Positions 43,127 through 55,491 of a stretch of 62,143 nucleotides of DNA are shown here, one piece after another. Each line of letters opens with the position of its first letter. The stretch's first letter is position 1. The notes beneath the pieces were generated by a model. It did not search any database, was not told the origin of the DNA, and saw nothing but the letters and a program-made list of their open reading frames with translations. Source of the stretch: Octopus sinensis (Eukaryota); NCBI RefSeq assembly GCF_006345805.1, contig NW_021832247.1, positions 1 through 62,143 on the forward strand, given 5' to 3'. The position numbers were made by a program, and so were the translations under genes.

Positions 43127-43342
43127 TGTGTGTGTGTGTTTGTGTGTCTGTGTTTGTTCCCCTAGCATTGCTTGACAACCGATGCTGGTGTGTTTATGTC
43201 CCCGTTACTTAGCGGTTCGGCAAAAGAGACCGATAGAATAAGTACTGGGCTTACAAAAGAATAAGTCCCGGGGTCGAGTTGCTCGATTAAAGGCGGTGCT
43301 CCAGTATGGCCGCAGTCAAATGACTGAAACAAGTAAAAGAGT
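42901..43342 (+). mobile_element. SINE family A, full length
   Basis: Head with TGGCTGTGTGG and GGTTCAGTCCC, internal (TA)(GT) repeat, 3' GAAACAAGTAAAAGAG. Confidence 0.95.
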
Positions 43343-43738
43343 AATATCATATCACAGATTTGTTCCAAACGATTATGTAAGTGAAAAGATGGGTAAACAC
43401 ACATCTTTGCAAATTGCTGGTTGTAAAATCCAGAAACACATTAAGTTTATTTTTCAGGAACGAAGACAGTCTAACTGACAGACAACCGTGCATTTTCATT
43501 TACTGGGCTTGTGTCACCTTGAGGCGACTGATAAAGCCGTGTGCCATGAAGAGTATCAGATCCTGAAACACATTTTTATCTTAGAAATCACTTAACCTCA
43601 CGGCTAGGGCTTTAGAACTATGAGCTGTATCGTTAAATCTGTTTAACACAATTTATTTACTGATCTCATTAAATCATATCAATTATTAATAAATATTTTA
43701 CAAAGATCGTGTAGAATAGTACACGCACAATATTGTAT

Positions 43739-44081
43739 ACTAGCACTATAACCCTATAACGCCGGGTCATAGTGCTAGTGCATGCATACACAGTTGCGTG
43801 GATGCGTACATACACGCGAGTACTGTCAAAATCTCCGACCAATCACATACAGCTAGCTGGCATTCAATTGGCTTATCAAGTTTCGGGCATTTTGATTGGG
43901 TTTTGGATAGAAAATTCACAAAAAAAGTCACTTCTATTGATATTTAATGGCTTTGCGGGGTGACTGGGGAAATGTAAAGATGTGCACAACCACCCTTGGA
44001 CGGTTTTCAATGACCATAGAAAGTGCGAGCCCTCTAACTGAAAAATTGTGGATTTGTATAAAGGACACACACAGACAGAAC
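43739..44081 (-). mobile_element. Helitron-like element with palindromic CTAG terminus
   Basis: ACTAGCACTATAACCC...GGGTCATAGTGCTAGT (43739-43779); other end has ACACACACAGACAGA like the other Helitrons. Confidence 0.55.
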
Positions 44082-44085
44082 ATAA

Positions 44086-44156
44086 CATAACGGCAGACGA
44101 AATACGGCAACGCATTTCGCCCGGCGTGCTAACGATTCTGCCAGCTCGCCGCCTTA
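44086..44156 (-). mobile_element. SINE family C head fragment
   Basis: Reverse complement TAAGGCGGCGAGCTGGCAGAATCGTTAGCACGCCGGGCGAAATGCG. Confidence 0.88.
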
Positions 44157-44164
44157 GAGTTGCT

Positions 44165-45692
44165 TAAAATTTTGATTAGACTGAATCAGAAACTATTTAA
44201 ATACAAAACAGATGTAAATCATAATATATTAAAATGTAGCCAGAATGAAGCGAAAATGAGATAAAACAAACCAGAAAATAGAAAACGAAAGATGCGTTAA
44301 GCATTAATATGACTACAATGGGAATATATTGAAATGCTAACAAGATAAAAGTCAGTATAAATTAAAATATTTACTAGACTAAAACACTAATAGATTAAAA
44401 TATTAAGTCAAGTACAATGAGATTATTTTAAATAGTAACTTGACTATAAATATTATTGCGCAAAATGCTAACTAGACTACAGGCGATGTTAAAATATTAA
44501 TACGAATACAGCAGAATAGATAAAGAATACTAACTAGAATCTGAATAGATTAAAATATTAAGTAGAATAAACGAGAAACTGTTATCATAGTCACTAAACT
44601 ACTTCCAAAATTACTAAAATACTAACCAGGATAAAAGCACAATTGATGGAAATGGAAACAATATTAAAATCTGAACTGATTGAAATGTTAACGTTAATAC
44701 AATCTTAGGTTAAAAACTAACAACTCTACCATCAGAATAGTCATATACTAACAAGAATCTAATATTGACTCACTAACACGCCAACAGCCACGAGGTTTTC
44801 AGACACTAACCCAAATAAAAAAAATAAATCCACAATGGACTAAAATATTAACTATATTAAAACACAATTGATTAACATATTAAATAAGCTGCAAGGAAAT
44901 GAAATAAAATTGTATTCATATCCAAATATAGATTTCTGTAAAATACTACCTAGACTGGTTCAGATTGCATTGAAATTATAATTAGACTATTGTCAAAATA
45001 CGTTAAATCTCTAACCCAGAGTACGACTGAAATATATTAGAATATTAAAATGAATGCAACTACAATTCGTTAAATATTTACACCACTATATATGGCCTAG
45101 ATTATAATGCTAGCTGACTACAGACAGAATAGATTAAAATATTAACTAGACTAAAACTAGAATACAGTAATGTCTTTCATCGAATACAATCGGAGTACTT
45201 TAAATATTATCGAGAATAAAACTAGAATTTGTGAAAATGATGAATACGATTCACAAATGACGTTTTAAAATAGTAACCATGGTTCAGATAGATTTGATTA
45301 GTGTAGTAACCTGAGTAAATGGTGAATAGATAGATTAAACTAATAAGTATAATACAAGCAAATAATACTGTGTAATAACTAAATTAAAGTAATGATTGTT
45401 TAAAATACCAAGTCGACTACAAGAGGAATAAATACTACACTGACAATAAACAAAATAGTTTGTAACGTGCAAAGCGGAAAACAACAAGAATTTATTAACA
45501 TGTTTAACTAAATTCACATAGAGACGATTCAAATACTACTTGTTACATAGAAGGTTCAAATACCCATAAGTTAAGTAAGAAACAGATGATAGGTTTAATA
45601 GTTCATCATTTTGGCTAGACTACGACATTAAGTGGATTACAATCGGAATAAACGAAAATATTGATTAGACTGATATTACAATATATTAAACG
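44165..45692. repeat. Old degenerate ~33-bp tandem satellite
   Basis: Recurring AATAGATTAAAATATTAACTAGACTAAAACTAG-like units (clearest near 45128, 44389, 44545). Confidence 0.75.
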
Positions 45693-45898
45693 TGACTTAG
45701 GCACAGGCGTGGCTGTGTGGTAGGAAACTTGCTTCCCAAACGCATTGTTCCGGGTTCAGTCCCTCTGTGTGGCACCTTCGGCAGCCGTCTTCTACTATAA
45801 CCTCGAGTCGACCAAAGTCCTGTGAGTGGAATCGAGAGCCGGAAACTGAAAGAAGCCCGTCATACATGTATATACATATACTTAGTATATACATGTAC

Positions 45899-45951
<53 letters not shown>

Positions 45952-45994
45952 CACATACACAAACTCACTCACACACATACATTCATATATCTGT

Positions 45995-46034
<40 letters not shown>

Positions 46035-46313
46035 CAACATTGAGGGCAAAATTAATTAATTATTAATCAATTTCACCAAGTGTTCAGTATGCAAAGGGAC
46101 CATTCAAGGCAAATTCAAATTATTACATTATATAAAAGGCTTAGTAAAATAAATTACTTCGCCGCATACTGAACTCATTAGAAATAGCAGCTAAAAAACT
46201 TTTTTAAAGCTATTTCTAATACTTAAAGAAAATCTCTCTCATATATAGTGTTGGCAATTCAACTCACAAAAGTTGGGGGTAAGGACATCGAAAAATCAAA
46301 TGCTAAGGTTATT

Positions 46314-46365
46314 TGAGAACGTACGTTTCAAGATTAGTCAAAACAACATTTCTATCATCAGCTCA
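46314..46365 (-). ncRNA. Type I hammerhead-like motif, unit 1
   Basis: Reverse complement of the 47625-47676 motif. Confidence 0.68.
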
Positions 46366-46854
46366 GAAATTCCTTGGTTTGGATTTGGAAACACTGAAAT
46401 TAAGAACATACCCTTTCGAAGATCTGCTCGTAACAAACAGTGCCAACAAATTCAAATAAGCAAGCGAAGAATCTCTGTTCTCCTTTCCACCAGCGTGGGT
46501 TAAAATCATCAAACACTATGCTTATTTCGGTAAAATCCGAAGCATTAATCAGAGGGAGATTAATTATAATTTCAACAATTGAGGGCAAAATTAATTAATT
46601 ATTAATCATTTCACCAAGTGTTCAGTATGCAAAGGGACCATTCAAGGCGAATTCAAATTATTACATTATATAAAAGGGCTTAGTAAAATAAATTACTTCG
46701 CCGCATACTGAACTCATTAGAAATAGCAGCTAAAAAACTTTTTTAAAGCTATTTCTAATACTTAAAGAAAATCTCTCTCATATATAGTGTTGCTTAATTC
46801 AACTCACAAAAGTTTGGGGGTAAGGACATCGAAAAATCAAATGCTAAGGTTATT

Positions 46855-46906
46855 TGAGAACGTACGTTTCAAGATTAGTCAAAACAACATTTCTATCATC
46901 AGCTCA
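46855..46906 (-). ncRNA. Type I hammerhead-like motif, unit 2
   Basis: Identical motif 541 bp from unit 1. Confidence 0.68.
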
Positions 46907-47624
46907 GAAATTCCTTGGTTTGGATTTGGAAACACTGAAAATAAGAACATACCCTTTCGAAGATCTGCTCGTAACTAACAGTGCCAACAAATTCAAATAA
47001 GCAAGCGCAGAATCTCTGTTCTCCCCTTTCCACCAGCGTGGGTTAAAATCATCAAACACTATGCTTATTTCGGTAAAATCCGAAGCATTAATCAGAGGGA
47101 GATTAATTATAATTGATTAATTTTGCCCTCAATTGTTGAAATTATAATTAATGATTTTTCGATGTCCTTACCCCCAAACTTTTGTGAGTTGAATTAAGCA
47201 AACACTATATATGAGAGAGATTTTCTTTAAGTATTAGAAATAGCTTTAAAAAAGTTTTTAGCTGCTATTTCTAATGAGTTCAGTATGCGGCGAAGTAATT
47301 TATTTTACTAAGCCCTTTTATATATGTAATAATTTGAATTCGCCTTGAATGGTCCCTTTGCATACTGAACACTTGGTGAAATTGATTATAATTAATTAAT
47401 TTTGCCCTCAATTGTTGAAATTATAATTAATCTCCCTCTGATTATGCTTCGGATTTTACCGAAATAAGCATAGTGTTGATGATTTTAACCCACGCTGGTG
47501 GAAAGGGGAGAACAGAGATTCTTCGCTTGCTTATTTGAATTTGTTGGCACTGTTAGTTACGAGCAGATCTTCGAAAGGGTATGTTCTTATTTTCAGTGTT
47601 TCCAAATCCAAACCAAGGAATTTC

Positions 47625-47676
47625 TGAGCTGATGATAGAAATGTTGTTTTGACTAATCTTGAAACGTACGTTCTCA
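47625..47676 (+). ncRNA. Type I hammerhead-like motif, inverted arm
   Basis: TGAG-CTGATGA-T-AGA..TCT-T-GAAA-CGTACG-TT-CTCA; palindromic stem III ACGTACGT; stem I extends by AAGG/CCTT; stem II is weak. Confidence 0.68.
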
Positions 47677-48544
47677 AATAACCTTAGCATTTATTTTTCG
47701 ATGTCCTACCCCCAAACTTTTGTGAGTTGAATTAAGCAAACACTATATATGAGAGAGATTTTCTTTAAGTATTAGAAATAGCTTTAAAAAAGTTTTTAGC
47801 TGCTATTTCTAATGAGTTCAGTATGCGGCGAAGTAATTTATTTTACTAAGCCCTTTTATATAATATAATATATATATTATATATATATATATATAATATA
47901 TATATATGCGTGTGTGTGTGTGTGTGTGTGTGTGGGTGTTGTGTGCGTGTGTGGTGTATCTTTGTCTCTGTGATTGTCAGCTACTACTGCTTATCAACCA
48001 GTGTTGGTGTGTATATATCCCTCAACTCAGGGATGTCGTAAATGTACCGATATAATAAGTACTAGGATTAAAAGTTGTTCTAGTTTCGATTTGTTTAACT
48101 AAAATCCTTCAAGTCATTGCTCCAACATGGCCGCAGTGAAATGAATGACAGAATTAAAAAAATAAAAGATAAAAGAAGGAGGTCGCTTAGTTAAATACAA
48201 AACAACAATTAATGTTTCAAAAAACATGACACCAACAATCCTATTACAAATTTGAATAACGTTTCTCTGTCTGTTAACTTTTTATGTTCGTTAACGCCTC
48301 CTAAGCCGTTAGGGCAAGGAAAACAAAACTCAAATCCCAGGGAATGTGGTAAGGGGTTCTATTTTTTAAGGGCCAATGACCCCCATATTTCTACTGTATT
48401 TTACACTAAATGCATGGCATTGGCGATCAATTCGAAGATATGACAATGAATTTCATCTCATGAACTCTTAGGGAATATCGTAAGGCGGTGCAATTTCTGA
48501 AAGCCTGCTTAAATGAGGTCCCCACAGGTCCCCTCCTCTTTCCC

Positions 48545-48947
48545 TCTCTTTTACTTGTTTCAGTCAGTTGACTGCGGCCATGCTGGAGCACCGCCTTTAA
48601 TCGAGCAACTCGACCCCGGGACTTATTCTTTTGTAAGCCCAGTACTTATTCTATCGGTCTCTTCTTTGCCGAACCGCTAAGTAACGGGGACATAAACACA
48701 CCAGCATCGGTTGTCAAGCAATGCTAGGGGAACAAACACAGACACACAAACACACATACGCATACACATATATATACATATATACGACGGGCTTCTTTCA
48801 GTTTCCGTCTACCAAATCCACTCACAAGGCTTTGGTCGGCCGGAGGTTACAGTAGAACACACTTGCCCAAGGTGCCACGCAGTGGGACTGAACCCGGAAC
48901 CATGTGGTTGGTAAACAAGCTACTTACCACACAGCCACTCCTGCGCC
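48545..48947 (-). mobile_element. SINE family A, full length
   Basis: Complete collinear copy. Confidence 0.95.
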
Positions 48948-49680
48948 TATTTTATTGCATTCATCTCCCCATATTTTTATTGCATTTATCTCGCTCCTAC
49001 GCTTATTGATTAAATTTTGATCAGCATCAGTGCTTAGCACATTTACAGAAGTAAGTTTGGGCATTCTAAATACCTTCATGAAAAGTCAAATCGAGATAAA
49101 GAGTTATAACGAGTACGTTTCAAGTATGGTAGTATGGATGCTTATATTTTGTAGTTTACGAAATGTATGTCTAGGTGTTCCGTTTTCATATTGGTGCTTG
49201 GGCCTTTAGCACCAGAGCTCAATAGTTTTTTTCTACCTGAATACCCTATAAGATTCCCCAAAGACCTCCTCAGAAGCTAGCCTGTGTGCCACTTGGAGGG
49301 CAGCTTCGTGGCCAGAAACTAAACCGTATGTCTTATAGGAAGCTGTAAGTCAAACTAGAGACTAACTGAATGTCTATCGGCAAAGCTAGCAGAAAGCGGT
49401 CCAAGTGTTGCTACACCGACATACTGTTACAGAGATAGAATTCACGTTACATATTCAATGAACAATAAGTTATGGGACATGGGGTTTAGGTTTGGGTACT
49501 AGTGAAGTATAGATATTGAGTGCATGGTTATGGGAGTGCGGATATCTATCGGGAGTTTGAAATGGGGTATCGGATAATTTATACCAGGAGATACATATAC
49601 AATGAATGTGCCCGAGTCCATTATTTCACACAAGGTTAGAGGGCCGCGTAGCTGTCCGATAGTATGGCCAAAGTCCTCAA

Positions 49681-50076
49681 GGCGCAGGAGTGGCTGTGTG
49701 GTAAGTAGCTTGTTTACCAACCACATGGTTCCGGGTTCAGTCCCACTGCGTGGCACCTTTGACAAGTAGTTTCTACTATAGCCTCGGGCCGACCAAAGCC
49801 TTGTGAGTGGATTTGGTAGACGGAAACTGAAAGAAGCCCGTCGTATATATGTATATATATGCGTGTGTGTGTTTGTGTGTCTGTGTTTGTCCCCCTAGCA
49901 TTGCTTGACAACCGATGCTGGTGTGTTTATGTCCCCGTTACTTAGCGGTTCGGCAAAAGAGACCGATAGAATAAGTACTGGGCTTACAAAAGAATAAGTC
50001 CCGGTGTCGTTTGCTCGATTAAAGGCGGTGCTCCAGCATGGCCGCAGTCAAATCACTGAAACAAGTAAAAGAGAGT
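49681..50076 (+). mobile_element. SINE family A, full length
   Basis: Starts GGCGCAGGAGTGGCTGTGTGG; complete collinear copy. Confidence 0.95.
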
Positions 50077-50258
50077 ATGTGCACTCCACAGGGGTTAGAT
50101 CGAATGTTGTCCGAAGTGCTGCTTCAACGTTAGTATATTTTAACATAGAAGACGCATAACAATAAGTAAGAATTGGTTAAAGTCGTGAATAGAGTAAATC
50201 TAAAACTGATACACATAATAACAAATCCAACTAGTTTATATGACATAGGGCATAGAAT

Positions 50259-50584
50259 GTGGAGGCGCGTGGCTTAGTGGTTACGGCATTCGGCTCACGA
50301 TTTTAAGGTCGTGAGTTCGATTCCCGGCGACGCGTTGTGTCCTTAAGCAAGACACTTTATTTCACGTTGCTCCAGTCCTTTCAGCTGGAAAAAATGAGTT
50401 GTACCTGTATTTCAAAGGGCCGGCCTTGTCACACTCTGTGTCACGCTGAATCTCCCTGAGAACTACGTTAGGGGTACGCGTGTCTGTGGATTGCTCTGTC
50501 ACTTGCACGTTAATTTCACGCGCAAACTGTTCCGTTGATCGTATCAGCTGGGACCCTCGTCGTCGTAACCGACGGAGTGCTCCT
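50259..50584 (+). mobile_element. Chimeric SINE: different tRNA head and CORE-like middle joined to the family B tail
   Basis: TGGCTTAGTGG and GAGTTCGATTCCC boxes; GTGTCCTTAAGCAAGACACTT middle; family B tail from GTTGTACCTGTATTTCAAAGG; TSD AGGGCRTAGAAT at 50247-50258 and 50586-50597. Confidence 0.88.
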
Positions 50585-50639
50585 AAGGGCGTAGAATACC
50601 GTGGGAATTGATTACTATTTTCTATAGTATAAACATAGA

Positions 50640-51390
50640 ACATTTTAGGCAATGATCAGTAAAAATGTGGCACGGGTTTAAGTAATAATTTCATTACAAA
50701 CTAAATATGCTAATATACAAAATGTACTATATACAAAATAGGTTAGTATAGTCAATAGACTAAAGATAGTAATACTTTTTGTAGCAAGTGTAAAACAATC
50801 CGATGTGGATAAAATATGGCCTACATAAATGCAGAAGACCTTAAAAAGCTAGAAAGGTTATTAACTGACTAGATTAAGATACTAACTCGACTAAGACTAA
50901 AATAGGTTACAATATTTACTAGATTAAAAATGGAATAGGTTAGCATATCAAGAAGAATAAGATGTGAACAGGATAAAACAGAAAGTAGACAAAAGTCAGA
51001 ATAAGTTAAAAACAGAGCAAACGAGAATAAAAGCAGAACTTAAGAGAATATTAACTTGACTAACACTAGAATGGGTAGTAATATTAACTAGACTTAAACC
51101 AGAAAAGATTAAAATTCCAAGAACAATAAACCCAGACTAAGATAAAATATTACCTAGACGAAAGCTAGTGCAGTTCAGAATACTTCTTAGCTTTACAACT
51201 AGAATAGATTGGAAAAAAAAATACCCAGCAAGATTACAAGCAAATCATATAAACTGTTAACCTGAGAACAACGAAAAGATATTAAAAGAGCTAACCAGAC
51301 TATAACCAGAATGGATTTTAAAAAGCAAACCAGACAGCAACCTGATGACGTTAGATTATTAAAATATATACCAAAGCCACTAAAAATGAT
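50640..51390. repeat. Second block of the degenerate ~33-bp satellite
   Basis: For example TAGATTAAGATACTAACTCGACTAAGACTAAAATAGGTTACAATATTTACTAG; same orientation as 44165-45692. Confidence 0.7.
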
Positions 51391-51642
51391 ATTGCTGCCT
51401 ATGTTTTTGGCTTTCAAATAAATTTTAAATTCTGTTTTCTTCCAGAAAAATAAATTTCTTATCAAACTTCTCCTTTCATTCTTGCTCTTTCTTTCTGTCT
51501 GTCTGTCTTCCATTTTATATTCTTTCTTTTCTCTTCATATCTTTCGTTATGTCTTAGTTACATTTTTTCTTTATTTTTGTTTATTTCTTGCTCTTACACA
51601 ATTTCTGCGCGTGTATATAAAACCCGGTATAGTCTAAGCAGT

Positions 51643-51700
<58 letters not shown>

Positions 51701-51834
51701 CCATATTCATACAGACAGGCAAACACATACTCACATACACACACACATACAGAAGCACATGCAAAATGAAGCGCACATATACACACATATGTATTCTAGA
51801 TAAATATTGAACACAATAAATTGACAGATGACGT

Positions 51835-52005
51835 CAACAACAACAATAACAACAACAACAACAACAACAGCAGCGGCAACAACATCAACAACGATAAGAG
51901 CAACGACGATGACAACCACGATGACGATTATGATAATAATGATGATGATGACGATGGCGACACAGACTACGATGACGAAAGACGACGTGGCGACGATGAC
52001 GATCA
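51835..52005. repeat. (AAC)n/(GAY)n trinucleotide block
   Basis: Direct reading. Confidence 0.9.
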
Positions 52006-52265
52006 AGAACGTAATCAAAATAATTCAATAGAGAGTAAGAATGACAAACAAAAGTATAAATTCAAATAAATTAATTATGGAAAACGTATTTAGTGTCCAT
52101 TTTTGATATGTGTAACAACTGATTTTAAGAGTTTCTGTTTACTGAAATAACTTTTAACTCGGTTAATATTGTTAATAGCATAACAACAACGACAGCTACG
52201 ATACTACATACAGAACCAACACCTCCACGACTACCGAGACCACCACCAACATCATCATCATCATG

Positions 52266-52304
<39 letters not shown>

Positions 52305-52613
52305 AAAAATAAATGGTAATATTAATGAAAATATACGAAGAGTTAACAATGTAATTGTAAAGGAATGTATCAAAATTCACAATAATTTAATAATTATGTT
52401 GATAATATTAAGCACTGCTTCTATTGTCTCTGCGACTTATTCATACGTACACAAAGTCTGGTATTACACTGATATACCAAAATTATATCGGGATATACAA
52501 CGTTACATAAAAACGAACGGTAAGGGACATTATAAATATGAAGTTGGACCGTTTAATTATTAATAATTATTAGGTTTCATTGAATGTATGTACATGTGTA
52601 CGGTATACACAGT

Positions 52614-52864
52614 GAAAGGAAGCGAGCTGGCAAGGCGGTGAGCTGGCAGAATCGTTAGGACGGTGGGCGAAATGCTTAGCGGTATTTCGTCTGCCATTAC
52701 GTTGTGAGTTCAAATCCCGCCGAGGTCAACTTTGCCTTTCATCCTTTCGGGGTCGATAAATTAAGTACCAGTTACACACTGGGGTCGATGTAATCGACTT
52801 AATATCTATGTCTGTCCTTGTTTGTCCCCTCTATGTTTAGCCCCTTGTGGGTAATAAAGAAATA
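52614..52864 (+). mobile_element. SINE family C with duplicated 5' tip and TSD
   Basis: TSD GGTATACACAGT at 52602-52613 and 52865-52876. Confidence 0.93.
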
Positions 52865-53614
52865 GGTATACACAGTTATACGCAAATATATGCACACCTA
52901 TATGCACACCTATATGCACATTTATATTTGTATATATGGTACACAAGGAGTTTTCTTCTACTCACCCAAACTAATTGGCAGGTCACTAAAACTCCGTCAG
53001 GAACTGTGTTTGATCATGTGATATTGAGACTACCTTTCAGAAGCGGCTAGGAGTGATTTCTTCAAGAGCAGGTAGGTACAGATTAAAAAGACACGTAAGG
53101 CAAACCTTTCGCCAAGACTTGACAAAGACATTTAACTTAAATATAGGATCAAAAATGTTTTATTCTTGTCTACTTTCCACTTGCTGACTAGGAAAAAATA
53201 AACTAAGCCATTTTGGTTACATCCTTGAATGTTTCAGCGTAATTTTCTCGCTTTTTTTTAACTGTTACCATTGCTATTGTACGAGATTCTCAGTCAGATG
53301 TTTATGTATAAAACTTTCTATCAGTTTGAGATGTATTTCAGATATCACATATGTAATATCTGTCGTTATGTTCAAATGCGGTCGTATAATAATCAGCGTT
53401 CGTTTCTTTAGTTGAAGTATCAAGTTACCACTTTAGGAGAAGGATTCCTTGTGACCACAAACATCGACATATTAAATCCAACGATGTGTATGACGCTGTT
53501 TCTAGATGTGTGCACGCGTATATATGTGTGAGTTCGTTCAGTGTGTGTGTCCACGTGGGGACCGAGTGGAGTCTACAATATATATATATATATTATATAT
53601 ATATATATAATATT

Positions 53615-53709
<95 letters not shown>

Positions 53710-53734
53710 TATATATATATATTATATATAATAT

Positions 53735-54041
53735 AGGAGGCGCAATGGCCCAGTGGTTAGGGCAGCGGACTCGCGGTCGCAGGATCGCGGTTTCGACTCC
53801 CAGACCGGGCGTTGTGAGTGTTTATTGAGCGAAAGCACCTAAAAGCTCCACGATGCTCCGGCAGGGGAGGGGTGATCCCTGCTGTACTCTTTCACCACTC
53901 TTTCTCCCACTCTTTCTTCTGTTGTTCTGCTCGCTTAGCCAGCGGGGTGGCATCATTTGAAGGCTAAAACAATGCGAACGCATTGTGACCAGCGAAGTGT
54001 AACAACATCCGAGGGTATGGTCGGTCACGTTATCACGTGAT
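53735..54041 (+). mobile_element. Chimeric SINE: family B head with alternative tail 2, in (TA)n
   Basis: Family B head to ~53925, then the tail shared with 33039-33147. Confidence 0.9.
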
Positions 54042-54121
54042 ATATATATATATAATTGAAAACAGTTGGAGTCAACAAGAAGTTGCCTACTGGACATTTA
54101 TTTCCAGCAGGCAACCATACT

Positions 54122-54157
54122 TAGGATGTCTTTCGATTAATTTTAATTCTTCAGCTA
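54122..54157 (-). ncRNA. Minimal hammerhead-like motif in a TA-flanked insert (54054-54215)
   Basis: Minus strand TAG-CTGAAGA-ATTAA-AA-TTAAT-C-GAAA-GACA-TC-CTA; adjacent strong hairpin GTTGCCT.CTGGA/TCCAG.AGGCAAC. Confidence 0.45.
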
Positions 54158-54482
54158 TTTTGGGGGGCTTGCAATCGCCTATATTATTAATTCTGTTATT
54201 ATCTATGTGTTTCCATATATATATATATATATAAAGCTCTCACCTATTGTTTGTAGACTCACACGCGTCCGCACGTGTTTTACTCATTATCTTTTATTAA
54301 ACTTTTAATACTTTTGATATATATTTAAAATAATATAAATTAATTAATTTTACGTATTGGCTTAAGTTTTTCATTGTTTGATTTGCCTAATAGTGGTTTT
54401 ATCTCTAATTTAATATTATATATATATATATATATATACAAATTCACATAAAAACATATGTATACATATATTCGTATATACA

Positions 54483-54926
54483 TTGTTGTTCTTGTTGTTT
54501 GTTGTTGCTGGCATCCTTTTGTCTCGGGAGACAATGGATTTGCGCATAAACTAATCCAGTCTGGTTTTTACATTTCATGTCCTCTCCAGTTTCCTCTCCA
54601 GTTTTGCGCAGGCCTGGGCTAGATGTAAGAAAATCCTGGGTAGCCCAATCGTCAGAAAATTCTTCTCTCGACCTTGCTGACGTAGTCCAAAGGAGTTCAG
54701 AGCATTACGTTTGGCACAAGCTGCCGGAAGAGTGTCGAGTAAAACACTAAACCGCCTACGGGACTCAACTCCGGATTTCTTTGAAGGTTGTCTCCTTTCC
54801 TTAACCCTGGATAGGGGCCATACCGGGTACTGTCAGCCGGAGCCGGCTGAGCCAGCTGGGCCCAGGACTCGTGTCAGGCAGGGTCCTCACTCCCTGAAGT
54901 AGTGAGGAAAATCGCTACCCACTACT
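54483..54926 (-). mobile_element. Non-autonomous bipartite RTE-clade LINE derivative (5' UTR plus 3' end)
   Basis: Minus strand ends CCATTGTCTCCCGAGACAAAAGGATGCC plus an (AAC)n-like tail; GTGCCAAACG..CCTTTGGACTACGTCAGC resembles RTE 5' UTRs (from memory); GC-rich hairpins, no RT. Confidence 0.6.
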
Positions 54927-54930
54927 ATAT

Positions 54931-54976
<46 letters not shown>

Positions 54977-54979
54977 ACA

Positions 54980-55055
<76 letters not shown>

Positions 55056-55491
55056 GTGTATGTATATATGCATATACATGCACGCACGCACACATACGCA
55101 CATACACATATATATATATATAAACCTTCTCATTCAGATTTAGTAAAGATTTGTGACTAATGATTCTTGCCTGGATTTAAAATTACTAATATACGCTGTG
55201 ATATTTTTGTCTGAAAATCCATACTTAATAACTTGGTAATATGGATGTGTTGGCGTCCATAATTTCTTAAATATTGTTCTTGCAGTTCAAAAATAGCGTT
55301 ACATATAATTTTATCATAAACTTTTTTAACCTTATATGAAGTCATAGGATGATGCAAATCTGTTATATTCATATTTATGGACTTTGAGACGCTGTAGAAT
55401 TTACGAGATATTGTTCAAAATTGGAAATATCTGTTCAAAGTGACATGCGTTTCATCTTTTGGTTTCGTGATATAAACGTTTTATATCGAAA

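Larger units (their letters stand above)
46031..47864. mobile_element. Tandem plus inverted array of a ~540-bp hammerhead-containing unit (PLE pseudo-LTR/retrozyme-like)
   Basis: Direct units 46031-46568 and 46569-47113; inverted 39-bp junction piece 47114-47152; inverted arm 47152-47864; (TA)n on both sides. Confidence 0.85.
45699..48178 (+). mobile_element. Old SINE family A copy split by the 46031-47864 insertion (head 45699-45862, 3' half ~47905-48178)
   Basis: Head and tail are collinear on the same strand, either side of the expanded internal microsatellite. Confidence 0.75.

Noticed and set aside
44165-45692. CRISPR-like or coding interpretation of the ~33-bp periodic region
   Set aside because: Units are contiguous and degenerate with no unique spacers, there are no cas genes, and the context is eukaryotic; stops interrupt the frames
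46273-46978. Repeated ORF MGVRTSKNQMLRLFENVRF in the 540-bp units
   Set aside because: No ATG start in unit 1, stop positions differ between copies, antisense to the hammerhead, no domain similarity
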